Assembly: GCF_009914755.1 (NCBI RefSeq)
Contig: NC_060931.1
Origin: the human T2T-CHM13v2.0 reference genome, Homo sapiens
DNA length: 64,000 nucleotides
Strand: one strand, 5' to 3'
Within the stretch, counting starts at the first letter, position 1. The number at the start of each line of letters is the position of its first letter. A program made the position numbers and the translations under genes. Positions 13,141 through 27,892 of this stretch are shown piece after piece. The notes beneath the pieces were generated by a model. It was not told where the DNA came from. It saw only the letters and a program-made list of their open reading frames with translations, and searched no databases.

Positions 13141-14549
13141 CTAGTTTTTAAAACATGAATTCAGAGTAAGAAATTCTGCTATACAGCTCACCTGTTTTGT
13201 AAAAAGTGAAATCAACACTACAAGATGCTAATTTAAAACATGCAAATAAGGAGTAAGCAGTGTGGCAGTGCTTGGGAGCTAAGGGGTGGGATGCTTTTCT
13301 TTTCAAGTGTCTCAATGAAAGATCAGATTGTCATATTTTTATATTAAGCCTAGCTTCATGCAGTCACTCAGGCAGTATTGCCACCCAAATGAAGCTTTTT
13401 GTTATATCTAGAGTACCACATTTAATGGAAAAAAAACTCATAATTTCACTTAATTGTCTGAATTAATTGTCTGAATTTCCAAGTAGAAAAATCACACACT
13501 TGTATGCATTTAAGCAGAATATATCCTCTATGTGAGGTCTTACCAAATTAGAAAAAATAAGCACAAACCTAGAAAACCCTAAAACATGGTAATCAATGTA
13601 CAACAGACAATGTGTAATTCTTTTATGTCACTTACATTCTCTTTCAAAAACCTAAAATTGCAGGCAGGTTTTTGAAAGGAACTGCATCATGAGCAATTTG
13701 GAATTGGTTTTGCTGAAGTATCCTATGAAAATCCACAGAATCGAGACATCAAAATCAAAGATGATTTTTAAAAAACATTAAACTACCTAATCCAGGGCCT
13801 TGCCTTAAGGGGCCACTGAACATTATTCTAAAGACAGATTTTTTCTTGGTTTCAAGATTTCAGAAATATCCAATTGGTCTAACCAGTGTTTGAACACTTT
13901 TCTAATATGTGGCTCCATATTGTCCTTGTATATATAATGAACAAGGACAATGGGAAAAAAATGCTTGACCAATTAGGATGCAAAGCTGATTTTTTAAAAC
14001 TACGATAAAATGAAAGCACATTTGGAAGAATATGAAGCCTCATAACTTATTTCCAGTTAAGTGATAAAGAATGTAAGCAGATAGTTGGAACTCATCTGAT
14101 GTGGACAGAAAATAGTTAGTAATCCCAGAACAACTGATGGTGCTGATCCTATTTTGAGTTTACTATGCCATTTCACAGCACACAGACACAGTACATAATG
14201 CATACAGAACATAACAGACCTTTTTCATACGTCTCAGGAGATATTACCTTGGGAATTTAAAGCATAGTATTCCCAGAGAGATAACAATAAGCCCTAAAGA
14301 AACCATTAATATGGTATAGATGTTACTGATTAAGGCAATAGTTGGGAGACCTGAAAAAAAGTATCCAGCCAATTTCATCAATTACATGGGTCCCCAGAAT
14401 TTAATCAAGATAACCTAATACTCATTAAATGTTGGAATAGTGGTGCATAATGAAACCTTTGCTGTGACAATAATATATTAGGTACTTGATAAAAAGTGAT
14501 ATTTTTGGGTGCTGGCACATTAAGCAGCAATTTGAAAATACATGTCTAC

Positions 14550-14705
14550 CTTTTGACACAGGCCTCTAGCATATCACTGGCCATTAGTTTAAGTCTTTGC
14601 TCTAAGTGGTGGGCAAATTCCTGTTCTGGCCAGTGCAGATCAAAGACAAACATTTGCAGTGCATCAAGCTTCCAAAAAAGGTCTTCTGATGTTGCTGAGC
14701 CATTG
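14550..14705 (-). CDS. CADPS2: CADPS2 exon, 156 nt, phase 2-2 ([51 protein letters not shown](R)); MHD1 region
   Basis: ttcttctag|C AAT GGC...AAA AG|gtagac. Lies within ORF 14546..14791; characteristic CAPS sequence. Confidence 0.97.
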
Positions 14706-15807
14706 CTAGAAGAAAAAGGAAAAATGAACATCATGAACTCCCCGTTAATTAGGTATACCATTAATACATTGTTTTTTCTTTTCTGCATCAATTGCCATCA
14801 GTGAAAAAAATACCATATAAAGTCTCTAATGATCCAATATTTTCTTTGTTCAGCCTTCTAATTGTTCCTCTACAATTCTTAATAAGGCAGGGCAAGGAGA
14901 ACAAAATAGAAATAAATATGGTGGTAGGGTTTCATACAAAGAGGTAAAATGGATATGTATACTTTACTAAGGAAGTTATATTGTGTACATAAGAACAAAC
15001 ATTGTAACTGTTCTTTACCAATCTCTAGGATAAAGATTCTTGCAAATCCCCAAAATTATGTTTTATGCAAGAAAATCCTTATGTTAGTAACCAGTACCTT
15101 TGCCGTTATTCATGCATATGTGCCTCTGTCACCATGGTGGTTTCTGTCTATCTACACGTGTGTAGAACATAGGGTCCTTGAATTTCTCAATTACAGGTAA
15201 AGATGAGACAGGAACTGGAAATAAAACGGGCTAGGTAGGGAAGCAATCTTTTATTTTCATTTTTTGCTTTTTCTGGCTTATTAAAACCCAACTTAGTGCA
15301 AGGTATTGTCTGACAGAGAAATGACATTCAGGGTGCTCTGAAGATGGAGAAAAACAATGCGTTTCAGGTCCTTATATCTAACTGTGGAGCCAAGATTTGC
15401 TAAGCATTCACTATTATGGTAAAATTACTCTACAGGAGTGCTATCACCCCATGTATGAAGATAACTTATAGAAGAGTTACAGTAACTTATAGAAGTTACC
15501 TTCTAGAAGGTAACTTATAGAAGAGTACATATAATATTTTGGCAAATGGTTATTACTTTCCATTATGCAAGTACATAGGCTAATACAGAAACAAGTGTTT
15601 TGAAAGTAAAATATTCCTACATTAAAACATATTGAAATTTAACCATAAAAAGCATAAAAGCAAAAGCAAAAAAAAGCTGCTGTATGATTCATTTGTTCTC
15701 AGCTTTCCCACAATTGCTTCACATATACTAACTTAAAATTTATATTTCTAGTTTACAAAAGAAAATTAAAGAAATAAACTCATTTATTACAACAGCACAG
15801 GGGAAAA

Positions 15808-15878
15808 TACCTATGTAACAAACCTGCACATTCTGCACATGTATCCCAGAACTTAAAGTAAAATTAAAAAAAAATAAA
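15808..15878 (+). mobile_element. Extremely truncated L1PA 3' terminus (~70 bp)
   Basis: tacctatgtaacaaacctgcacattctgcacatgtatcccagaacttaaagta, then an A tail. Confidence 0.85.
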
Positions 15879-17849
15879 TTGTTTAAAGCACCACATTGTT
15901 TCGCTAAATATATCTTTATGAGCTAGCTTAGAAAAAAAGGCACCTCTTGCTCTTGACTAATGAAAAGCTTATTCCTGCCCTCCACCCTGGCCTCAGCGTC
16001 AAAGCTCTATCACAAACCTACACTGCTTTTCTCTTCTCATTCTGCCAGTAATTCCTCCTGATCTCCTTGTCTAGCCAAAATGCCCTCAGACTTAAGTTCT
16101 CTAGGGACCAATCATAGCAAAGCACTGAACACTCCCGTAGCACTTTACTCACTTAAATCTCTTCACCGTAATATTCAGTGCCTCAAATGCACCATTAAAT
16201 AAGAGAACTAGACAACACCATTCTGATACTACAGTGAAAGTGTTGAAAAAAACACTACCTTTATTTCTCCTTTTGCCATATATATCATACAATTAAGAGA
16301 AAACAAACAAACAAAATCTCCCTTCACATCCACAGTGTACAGCTTGGTAGATTAGAGGAACTGAGTTTTAAGAATAACTGAATACAATTGGCAAAGAAGC
16401 AAATCTGCTTCTTATAATATTTTTACTTTGGAGAAATGTAACTATTTGGAATGTATATATTCTTTAACAACACAATGACAAGGAAAAACATCATAAAAAC
16501 AAAATCTCTAATGGTAAAGGCAGAATTCTACTAAAAATAGATTTTCTAATAATACATGGCAATCTTCATAGAGAATATGGTTACATTTTTCTTCTGTTTG
16601 ATTCTATGGTAAGATTCTTGACAATAAATGTGTTTAATTGGGAATGTAATTAAGATAACAAGTGTTTGTTATAATTAGATAGATATATGAAAAAAATGTG
16701 AGTAGGCTTTCTCTGGAGTTGGTACATATAACCTGCAATTTATTCAGAGCTTTTTCATTTTAAAATTATTTCTAATTGGTGGCCTATTCCTAAAGGTATT
16801 ATTAACAGATTAAAGAATTCGAATGTGAGTAGTAGACTCTGAGATAATTTCCTAAAAATGCCAGCAGGAAACTTAACTTGCTGGCATTCATTTCTAGAGA
16901 AAAAAAAACAGAATAAAGATTTATATACAGATACATATGTCGATGAGCAATCCTTGCATGATTTATGCATTGGTAGGCAGGGATGTATCTTCAAAACCAT
17001 GGTTGCTTTTATATTCTTCTTATTTAATCAGCAGTTGTATTTTTAATTCTTTATGTTAAATATAAATGTTTCTTTTTATTAATGTTTCAAACTTCAAAAA
17101 ACAAATGGCAATAACATCATAACATTATGAGTAATTCTGGACACTCTGACAAAGAACCTAATGTTGATAACCTTGGTAGGTAAAGATAATGGTGATCAAC
17201 TTGTAAAACACATTTTTAAATTTCCCCAGAATGGTGAAAGCACAATCACTTTACTTACAAAGCCCCAATTTGTCATTATTCCTGTCCTGAAATTAACATA
17301 CTTTAAAAAAGGGCCCTCAATAAGGGATTCAGAGTTTGTACAAATCCCAAAGTTAATAAAAGATTACTAACAAAAAAATAAATTTCGCAGGATAATGCCC
17401 ATGATAGTGTTCTTGGCTAAAATCAAGCGTTAAATAGATGAGAAATTAGGAAGAAAAGGAGTTAAATTATAAAACAGTGTAAAAAAGAACAAAAAAATCA
17501 TACACTTAGAAAGGTTCATTATAGTTTGTAGGCAATTTTCTGAGCACACACAGACACCACTTTACACACTCTAATGACCAAAAGCATTTGCCTGTAAGAA
17601 AAAAAATTCACATGTAACATAATATCCTAGTGAGTATTATGAATGCAGTTATGATGTTAAACTTGGAGAAATATTGCCAAATTACTTTGCAAGTTATTCT
17701 CTTTCTTGGTCTTTTCCTATTTCTTTTCTTGATTGTGTGCATACCTGACTGGGTGTGGATTTGCAGTTGGTGGTGGGATAGGTAGAAAAGTAGCAAGTTC
17801 TTAAACACAACGTTCTATGACAGCAGAACAAATTAATGATAGGAGTGAG

Positions 17850-18065
17850 GAATTTGTAGTCAAACGAACCTGGGTTCAAATTTTGCCTCTGTCACTTATT
17901 TGCTGTGAGATATTGGGTAAGTTTGGTTTCTTAGTTTCTTTATGACTTAGTTTCCTTAACTGTAAAATGGGGATAATGATATGAGGTTGTTATAAAGATT
18001 AAATGAGATAAATAACTTGGCACTGTACTGGAAACAGTAAAATCTCAATAAATGGAAGCTATTTT
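17850..18065 (+). mobile_element. MIR
   Basis: cctgggttcaaat...ctgtaaaatggggataat core. Confidence 0.75.
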
Positions 18066-19075
18066 TCTTCCTCTCATGATTATTCTTTCTAGTTGATTTC
18101 ATATGAGATCTTGGGCAAAGCAGGTAACTGCCCGAGTTTTCCCATTTGTAAACTAGTACTATTACTTGGTTCTGATTGCTGTGAGGCTCATAGTTTTAAA
18201 AACTATACCATTATAAATTATAATGATGATGCCTGATGATAGTAATAATAACAAAAACAACAATGTAGAGTAGTAGTAATTATCATTTACTGGGTGCCTA
18301 GGATATGCCAATAGTACTAATAATTTACTGAGAGCCTAGGATATGCCTCAATACAGTTTTTTTTTTTTAAATCATCACAAAAACATCTTTCATTTAGGTG
18401 TCATAATTGTTTTAGAGTTGAGGAAAAAACTCAGGCTAAGAAGGATTTACAATTAATAAGCTAAGATCTAAATTCAGAACTGATCAATTTAAAAGCCCAT
18501 TCCTGTTCACTTCAGTGGTTCTTAGTTGCTGATTCTGCAATAGGCAAGCTCATCATGATGTGAAGTTAATAAATATGGTTTTTGATGATATAAAGACTAT
18601 TTAAAAATACCAAGATGTACCAACTATATAATAAAAGAACAAAAGAAGAACTTCCTGGTTTTGGCAATGAAAGGGCCTGCAATGATGCAGTACTGTTTTT
18701 TAAAAGTTGAGACTAAGATAAAAATAGAAAAATATTATATTCTTGAAACCATTCTTCCAAAGGTTTTCTACTTGCACAAGATAAGTCATCTGGGCAGTAA
18801 TAAAGCTGGAGCTAAGAATCCTCAAAATGCTTTGTATACATAAGGAGAACTCTGATTATTTTACTTAGGGTACAATGTCACCAAATGATTTACTTAGGGT
18901 AGAATGCCACCAAATTATTCCTGTCCCACAGATTATATATGAACTACATTAAACTAGCGTGTTTTTTCTTTTTAATTGACATTATTCATCACAGATATGC
19001 TAAGCTTAGCTTACTAGCTTAAAAACTCAAATAAAAAAAAAAAAACAGTATTCCTCAACCAACGATGACAAATGC

Positions 19076-19121
19076 CATGCAGTCTAAACACATCTGCGCA
19101 GAACACAGCCCAGGCCATGCA
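19076..19121 (-). promoter_or_regulatory. Two RBFOX TGCATG motifs downstream of the 120-nt cassette exon
   Basis: catgca on + at 19076-19081 and 19116-19121. Confidence 0.65.
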
Positions 19122-19162
19122 CCAGCTAACACACCACCAGGAAATAAGTGAGGAATACACAC

Positions 19163-19282
19163 GTGGACTCATATAAAGAAGGCATCCACGAAGCAGTAGA
19201 AATGTTAGGAATCTGTGGAAGATTAAGAGGCAGACTTGGAACTTTTGGAAGAGCTACATTGGGAAGACTGTTGGCGATATTC
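19163..19282 (-). CDS. CADPS2: CADPS2 120-nt cassette exon, phase 2-2 ((K)NIANSLPNVALPKVPSLPLNLPQIPNISTASWMPSLYES(T))
   Basis: ctttacag|G AAT ATC...TCC AC|gtgtgt. Open and frame-neutral, Pro-rich, weak donor. Confidence 0.92.
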
Positions 19283-19407
19283 CTGTAAAGAAACAAACAA
19301 CGTGGGAAGGGACCACCATAAGCGATAACTACAGATGGCCATGTGTGAAGTCATAAGGTCAGGGTTGAAGAGGCAGGTGCTCTACGGACACTAGGTAAGA
19401 TACCTAC

Positions 19408-19549
19408 TTGACAGGCTGCCATGTCTCCTGCTCAAAACCTCTGTGAATTGACTGGGCGATGGAAGACTCCATGAGATCCACATAGCGGACAACCAAGGGT
19501 ACAAAGATTTCTTGCAAGTGTTTGTGAAATTTTCCATTACACAAAAGTG
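19408..19549 (-). CDS. CADPS2: CADPS2 exon, 142 nt, phase 1-2 ((T)[46 protein letters not shown])
   Basis: tatttcag|CA CTT TTG...GTC AA|gtaggt. Open frame (different from the ORF-track frame); CAPS/Munc13-like [12 protein letters not shown] motif. Confidence 0.96.
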
Positions 19550-20489
19550 CTGAAATAGCCAAGCAGAAACAGTGTTTGTCAGAGGGATAATATCAGACAT
19601 TTGGAAAATATGGGCCAAAAAAACACGTTTTCTGAGAGAGTCTGACACAGAAGAACTGATAAAATGCAGATGAGAGTAGATCATACCCCCCATATTGAAT
19701 ATCATATCATGGAAATTGATCAAAAAGTATAATTAGCCTTCTATATATGGCTGTCAAAACACAAATAGATTATATCTCTCTAAAATTCTCCTGGCAGGTG
19801 GTATGTTTTTATTTTCTAAGAGGTTTAACACATAGGCACATGACCACTCGCTGGAAATTCAAGGGAGCTGCCAGCTCCCCTGAAGGTCCTGACACATGTA
19901 AATACAGCAATTAAGCAGAGTTACAATCTCTGTGCTATGCTGTGTATCACAGAGGAGCTAAACCTTCTCAATTCTAAGAGGTAAGCTTGATGACTTGTAA
20001 AAGCTATTCTTGTTCACTAGGAGGGTGTCTGTGGGTTTGGGAATATCTATTTTGATTCATGAACATTATAGTTATTTGTGGATTTTCTTTTTAGTCATTC
20101 AATTTTGCATATCTGTATTTAAAAACAGCACATGACCTGGATTTTTTAGTTTTCCATTTGTCTTTAATAAATGGTAGTATGGAACATCCTACCTAAAGTA
20201 GTGACAGAAATCTTAGAATTTGTGCTACAAGGCTGCTGGGCAAGGTATACTCACCTTTTTCAGGCGATGAATGTTTTCTATGCAGATGATACAATTTTAT
20301 TAAAATATAGGTGAGTATATGCCTAAGTTTCACCATTAAAAAATAGAGAATCTATATGAAAACAGTAATGCTAAGTAATATTTAACAAAGACTTTATTTT
20401 AGATGACAGTACTATAGATTGTAAATATTTCTCAAAGAACATGTCCTAAGCCCCATTGTGGCCCTCAAAGTGAAAATGTGCTGATTTAA

Positions 20490-20935
20490 AAATATACTCT
20501 GTGGTCAGGAAAGGTATTCCTGAAGAGACAGAAGAACCTTCCATGGAAGACTTAAAGGGGAGGTTTCCAGGTAGAGGGAACAGCTAGCAAACAAGTTTTG
20601 GGAAGGAATAAGCTTGGGTCTTTGCAGAAAGATGAAAGGCCAGAGTAACTGCAATAGACTGAGGGAGGGGGAGGGGCAGCCCATGGCAGGGTCTAGATCC
20701 TAGGACTGAGTAAGGAGTGTTGCTCTTAGTGGGTGTGATGGGAAGCTTTATGATGCTTATGATTATGCAGAGGAGTGACATGATATGATCTCTCTGGCTG
20801 CTGTGTGGAAATGGAGTAGGTAGCCAGGAGTGAAAACAGAGAAAAAGGTTAATACTCAGTTGTTTACTGCAATAGACTAGGTAAAGGATGATAATGGCTT
20901 TGACTAGGGTGAAGAGGTAGAAGCTGGGGAAAAGT
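20490..20935. mobile_element. L2 fragment
   Basis: Purine-rich L2 motifs (ccaggtagagggaacagc, tctggctgctgtgtgga). Confidence 0.6.
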
Positions 20936-21741
20936 TAGTAATCTCATTCACTTTTATGGATTTGAATAGCTATATATGCTTATAGTTACTAAATCTAATT
21001 ACTAGCAACTCCAATAGCAGTGTCTTATAAAATATTCACTATGACAACTTCCCACATTATCTTCTTCAGAGCAAAAACATCCCAAAAGCCTAATAGTGTT
21101 TTAGCTCTTGTCAAAGTACATGATGTTTATCACTGTGGCATGTATATGAAGATGGCTTCGATATGTTACTTTATGCGTTTCTGAAATTTCTCTGAGGCTG
21201 GACAACTACAGGCACATAAATTGGTGTGGGAAGTAATTCTAAACACAGAAGGAAATATAACAGATTTTTTTTTCTACCTCTAATTGATATGGGTTAGTAT
21301 TTTTTGTGGTTAAATACTCTTTTCCCAGCTCAGCTATATGCTAAAACATTTCCCATTAAATTGTGAACAATAATCATATTTAATGATAGGTGTCTTATTT
21401 AGGAGACTAATGTTATCTTAATGATGTTTTCATTAGCACACTGAAAGAAGCTTTATTTATTCCTGGAGATTCAATCATCGAGCTAGAAGGTACTATAGCT
21501 CAAATAATTCAGTTCCTTTTATCAAATGCCACCTAAATAAGCATGCTAAACTTTAAGGATAAAATATTCTCACTCAAACCATCTAATTCACTGTAGTATG
21601 CAAATTAAAAAATATACTGATATCTGAATTTATTGGGTCTCTACTTAAGAACTCTCATTCTCTTCTTCCTCCTCCTCATCCCTAGCATATTTGGAGTACC
21701 AAGCACTATGTGAAGTCCTATATGTGCCTTATCTCATTTAA

Positions 21742-22089
<348 letters not shown>

Positions 22090-22219
22090 TAAACTTATCA
22101 ATAAGGTAACTGAGGCATAGAGAGTTTAAGATACTTGTTTAAGATCATTTAGTCATTAGTAGAACCAGGATTTGATAGAAAAACTCCTTGTTAACCTCTA
22201 TAAAACTACCATTCCTCAC

Positions 22220-22900
22220 TCTGACAACCAATTAGTCATCAAGACTGGTGTATTTTATATCCTTAATATCTTTCAGTAAGTTACCGTGCTCTCTTCATCA
22301 CCACTGCTGTTGCAATAGTCCAGCCCTCTCATCTCCTGTCTTGATTAATGCAATAATAACCTAACTGGTCTTTAGGATCCTAATATTTCCTCTGCCAATC
22401 CATCTTCTCAAAATCATAAGCAGAGGGGCTTGCTGAAATATGAAACTAAGAATGTCACTCCTAAAGATTATAATCCTTTAGTGGATCATTATGACAAGCT
22501 TGAAAAGCCTGAGCATGGTATGAAAGCTTTCCAAGACCTGTCTACAAGTTACTTCTCCAGCTCATTTCTGTTGTCTTACCTTTCATTTCCTGTGATACAG
22601 TCATAATGACTTTCACGATTCAATATACACCTGCTCCTCAAATCCTTTCTAGAAATGCTTCCTTCTGCTGTCCCCTTGCCCAATTACTGGCTTCTCTTGT
22701 TTACTCTCTACCCTGGACAGGTTTCCACTGTGGTTCTTGTCATACAAGTGGTCTTCTCCTGCTGACATATTTCTTGCTGACATATTTCTCGCTGCCTACA
22801 AGGATGTAAGGTTCTCAAGGCAGGAACTATGTCTGTATTCTAAGTTCCAGAAAAGTCCCTGGCTCAGAGCAAGTAATCAAATGTTTGTTGGATGAATGAA
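22220..22900. mobile_element. L2 fragment including 3' end
   Basis: aacctaactggtct...aaatgtttgttggatgaatgaa. Confidence 0.6.
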
Positions 22901-23349
22901 TATTTGAAGGCTAAGATTATTACATTATTATTGTATTAAATGGCACTTATAAAACCTATTGAGGCCTGTGTATACGCCTCATACTTTGTATAAAATATAT
23001 AGCATTAAATAATACAGCTATAAGTTCTATTTTTAACCCATATGTACAAGATCGGACTGCTAAAAATTCTAATGAATATAAAAGTTGGTTATTTTATGTT
23101 TCTTATTTTAATGAATGTGGCAAAGAAAGGATTTTCTCTGGTCAGTTATGAATCTTGACAGCAAATGATTATATCCTGCAGAATTTAAAGAAAATGAAGA
23201 TTACCTATATTTCCTATGAACTACAAAAAATCTTAAATTCTAGCCAAAAGTTTGCTCAGAATTCAGCAAAGAGTTATTTTTTATTTGAAAAAAATTATAA
23301 ACCCACACTTGAAAATTTTAGAAAATTGGCAGTATTATTTCATTGGTAA

Positions 23350-23497
23350 TTAGAGAGAAAGGGGAAGGAGGGAGTGGGGGAGAAATGGGGGAGACAAAGA
23401 GAAAATGATGGAGGGGAGAGGGAGAGGAGGGGTGGGGGAGGGACTAGAGGAGAAAGAAAGAGAAATACACAAAGAGGGGGAAAGAAAGGAAAGAGAA
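23350..23497 (+). repeat. GA-rich low-complexity tract
   Basis: Near-pure purine run; source of several spurious ORFs. Confidence 0.85.
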
Positions 23498-24705
23498 TAT
23501 TTGGTTTCCAAAGACAAGCTACAGAAATACACCCTACACTACACTTGTCTATGTAAATGTATGCTCCTTCCTTCGTTGTCCATATGGCAGCTTGCATTCC
23601 ACTCCTATCAGACACTGTCAAAAGGCCCTCTTAATATGTAGCCTGAGGCATCAGAGTAAGTGCTTCTATCTTCTCCATATGGTTTAATAAGGATAGGTTA
23701 TGATTTGGGGCTGTCACCTGTCCAAATCAAGCCTTTACAAAGCACCCATTACAACAGTTCATTGTAAGAGGCAAGTTCTTAATGCGGCCACATCCAAGAA
23801 CACTTCTGACACCATACTCAAGTATGAGAGAGTGAAAAGGGCTGCTCAGAATGAGTCTCAAAAAGTGATTACCGCCTGAGGGGAAAGCCAGCACCTATTT
23901 TTCAGATAAAAAAATAACTTTTTTCCCGAAAAGATTCCATGTTTCCAAATATCACCTTGTTAGAAAATAATGAGGCATCAATGACATCGAGCCCTATGGT
24001 ACAATTAGAAATGGCAAAAAGAAAACAAATGGCTTAAATATAAGCTAAACTCAGGATGCAATATGCCCAATTATTTTGAAAATCCCCGATAATAAATTAG
24101 TGTTGATTATTTTCATATGAAAAAGCCTCTTTCATTTACAAAAGTACTTGTCATAGGCTTTTAGTAGTAAGATTTCAACAGAGAATTTAAATTTAAACTA
24201 TGATCCAATTAATAACAATTACTGAGACAATAATCACTGGGTAAAATAAAGAATAAGCAAATAAAAGAATTCATATATTGTTTTTAGGGTAAAAATATGC
24301 TGCTGACTCTTGAACCCATATAATCCAATTTTATAGTGCTCATCCTCTTCCAATTAGCTAGCTTTAGTGGATTACTAGAAAGAATGATTTTTCTCCTCAA
24401 ACTTCTCATTAGGCATTTCAGAAGGAAATGGGTAATTCATTAGCAGCAAAACAAACAGACAATACAAATCACAATAAAATCAACAGACTTTGCCATAAAA
24501 CAATTATTTAAGAGACTAAAAATTATATCAACCCTGAGCAATGCAAGCACAGTGGACTAAGAAAATTAATAAGTCGCTCTCCATGTTGACAAATGCATAT
24601 AATGAAGACCTCCATCACAGAAACAGAAAATATGAATATGGGCTTCAGGAGAAAAGCCAGCAGAACTGCAGTCTAGAACAGCATTATGTAAAAGGAAAAC
24701 ACTCT

Positions 24706-24731
24706 TCTCTCTCTCTCTCTCTCTCTCTCTC
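24706..24731 (+). repeat. (TC)n microsatellite
   Basis: Direct reading. Confidence 0.9.
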
Positions 24732-25545
24732 CCGCCGCCCTCCCCACCCCTCACCCCTTCCTCCCTCCCTGAGATTTAGGAATAGCACCCAGCCAAGAAT
24801 CTGGCACATTAAGTAGGCACTCTATAAATGTCTGATTATTGAATAAATATCAATAAAAATCTACCTCCTAAGGGAAACTCCAAGAACATCCCATTTAAGT
24901 AGACTAGGAAACACACTGGATTCTATTGTCCTTTTAATTAAAAATTTGACAAGTAATTTTATATTTGGTAATATTAATGTATACATTAACTAGTATAATA
25001 ACCCCTAAAACCACACCCAGTTCTTCCTTTTCCCTTGGGGCACTTGCTAATATATATTTATACACCTATACATCTACCTAGGGAGAGAAAGTGACAAGAA
25101 GTGATAGAACACAGCTGTTAAAATGTTTCTTACTTTTTTGGGCAACACATCCAAATTTAAAACTATAATGAAAAAATTTCATAGAATGGCACACATAATT
25201 TGAGTTATACTTCTACAATCTACTGCATCAAGTTATTTGTGTATATATGTGCGTATCCTCCACTAGATTTTATGTTTTTCAAGGGGAGGAATCATTTCTT
25301 ATTTATACATGTATTTGCAAGGAGCCTAGGATTTGTAAATTGTAGGCATTAGGCACTTGTTTCTTGTGAAACTAATTCAGAAAAGCTTAATTAACCGAAG
25401 CTTATAAGGCAAAGATAAGTAAAGAAGTCTTATGGTCCAGCAGTCCTCATGCTGTTTTTTAAATGAAATTATGTAATATTAAAGGCAAATAGAAAAGTCT
25501 GTAATTTTACTCAAGCTATGCATAGCCTTCTAATCTTTGAGTTAA

Positions 25546-25945
<400 letters not shown>

Positions 25946-26055
25946 AAGGGTGGGTTTCTTGATGCCCATGGTTTTCAGAAGTTACAGGTGTTCCTGTGAT
26001 CTGTTACAAGAAACACACTGGCATTTTAGAATAGGTGATTATCTTTAAGCCACTA

Positions 26056-26461
<406 letters not shown>

Positions 26462-27053
26462 AAAGAAATTAGAACAGTACTGTGGAATTCAACTGAGGGG
26501 AAAAAGGTAGTGACTCCTTGCTTTTATATTTCATTTACCATACTGGTCAGTAAAACAAATTCTGACACACCATTTTGAATCCAATCAACTCTGGGGATTA
26601 GAGTTAAATACATTCTCACATTTTGGCCCTTATTTCATCATTTGTAAAGTGCATACTTATAAAACTAATCTGGCATGCACAGATTTGCTGCAATCTAGAT
26701 GTTATACCCTTTCTGCATTGTCCCTGGTTTATGTATATCCAGATATATCTATAAACACCAATTCGTGAATTTCAGATGAACAGCTCATTTAAGCACTTGA
26801 AAGAGAATAACACGCAGGTGTCAGCCTTCCATATTTCAAAGCTTGAAGATTAACCTAATATACAATATGGTGACCTAACAGTCCTTCATTTGAAAGAAAT
26901 CTGAAAAATAATCTCTGATACAGCCTAAGTGTGAGAATAACCCAGCAGGATTTCCACCTCTTCATTTCTTAATGAGTTTTTTGATAATGAGAGGTGACTT
27001 TGCCAGTCACTCTGGGCTCTATTATGGCTAATTTGACTCCACTTCACTCTCCT

Positions 27054-27068
27054 TGTTAATTATTAACA
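27054..27068. promoter_or_regulatory. Perfect HNF1A/HNF1B palindromic site
   Basis: tGTTAATTATTAACa matches GTTAATNATTAAC. Confidence 0.55.
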
Positions 27069-27892
27069 CTAGCCTTTTTATCCTCATGAGACCACATTCC
27101 AATTTTTCCTTTTTCGATTTTTATGAGCCCATCTTTACGAAGGTGAAAGTCTTCGAGAATAGGTTTTCACTTAGTGTAGAGCAGGAACATTTATTATTCG
27201 TTTAGGCAGAGATGCTGTGACATTGATTATATAAGCACGGGTGTTCTTTGGGATGACTTTAATGTGCTAGCAATGTGAAAAGGCTGTTAATTAAAGAAGC
27301 AGCACCGTGGTATTTTTCAGTTGGGAACCAGTTCCCAATAGAATGGTCATTTGCCACTTGCTAGCATATCCACAGATTAAAAGGTGACTAGCTCCAAGGG
27401 TTTGCGTTTCAGTAGTGCTGAAAGAAATGATTTGTGCCATTTGCAGATGGCTTTCATTTGTCAGAAGTGGTCACTTGCCTTATCTATTATTGACAGAACA
27501 ACTATGGAAATAGTGTGCAAGGGTAGAATCTATTTGTACTAGCTTTATAGTCACTCAGTATCATTGAACCATCGTGCCAATTACTTCATTATGAAAACAT
27601 TTATCTTCCCTCAATTTGAATACATCTCTCTTTCAAAAGTGTTTCCTTAGATACCATTTAAACTGATTGCCCATTAAATTACCTCTTTAGTAGGGGAGTA
27701 GATTGGGGTAGATGAAGGCAGGGTAGAGAGCGAAGTGAGAGCTTGGTCTTTTTTGGCCAGAAATGGAGGCTGACTTTGTTTTCATCATCAGTTTTGCTCT
27801 GGGAGTCAGTGAGTGAGTCTGTGAGGGGTGGGACATTGGGGACAGTTGCTAAAATTGTGGTGCAGCTGGTGCTCTTCCCTTGAGGAAAACCG

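Noticed and set aside
13192-13227. 36-nt or 26-nt cryptic exon using the GTGAGC donor at 13191
   Set aside because: The downstream intron would be only 51 nt, too short for normal splicing.
23340-23641. Four overlapping ORFs
   Set aside because: Artefact of GA-rich low complexity.
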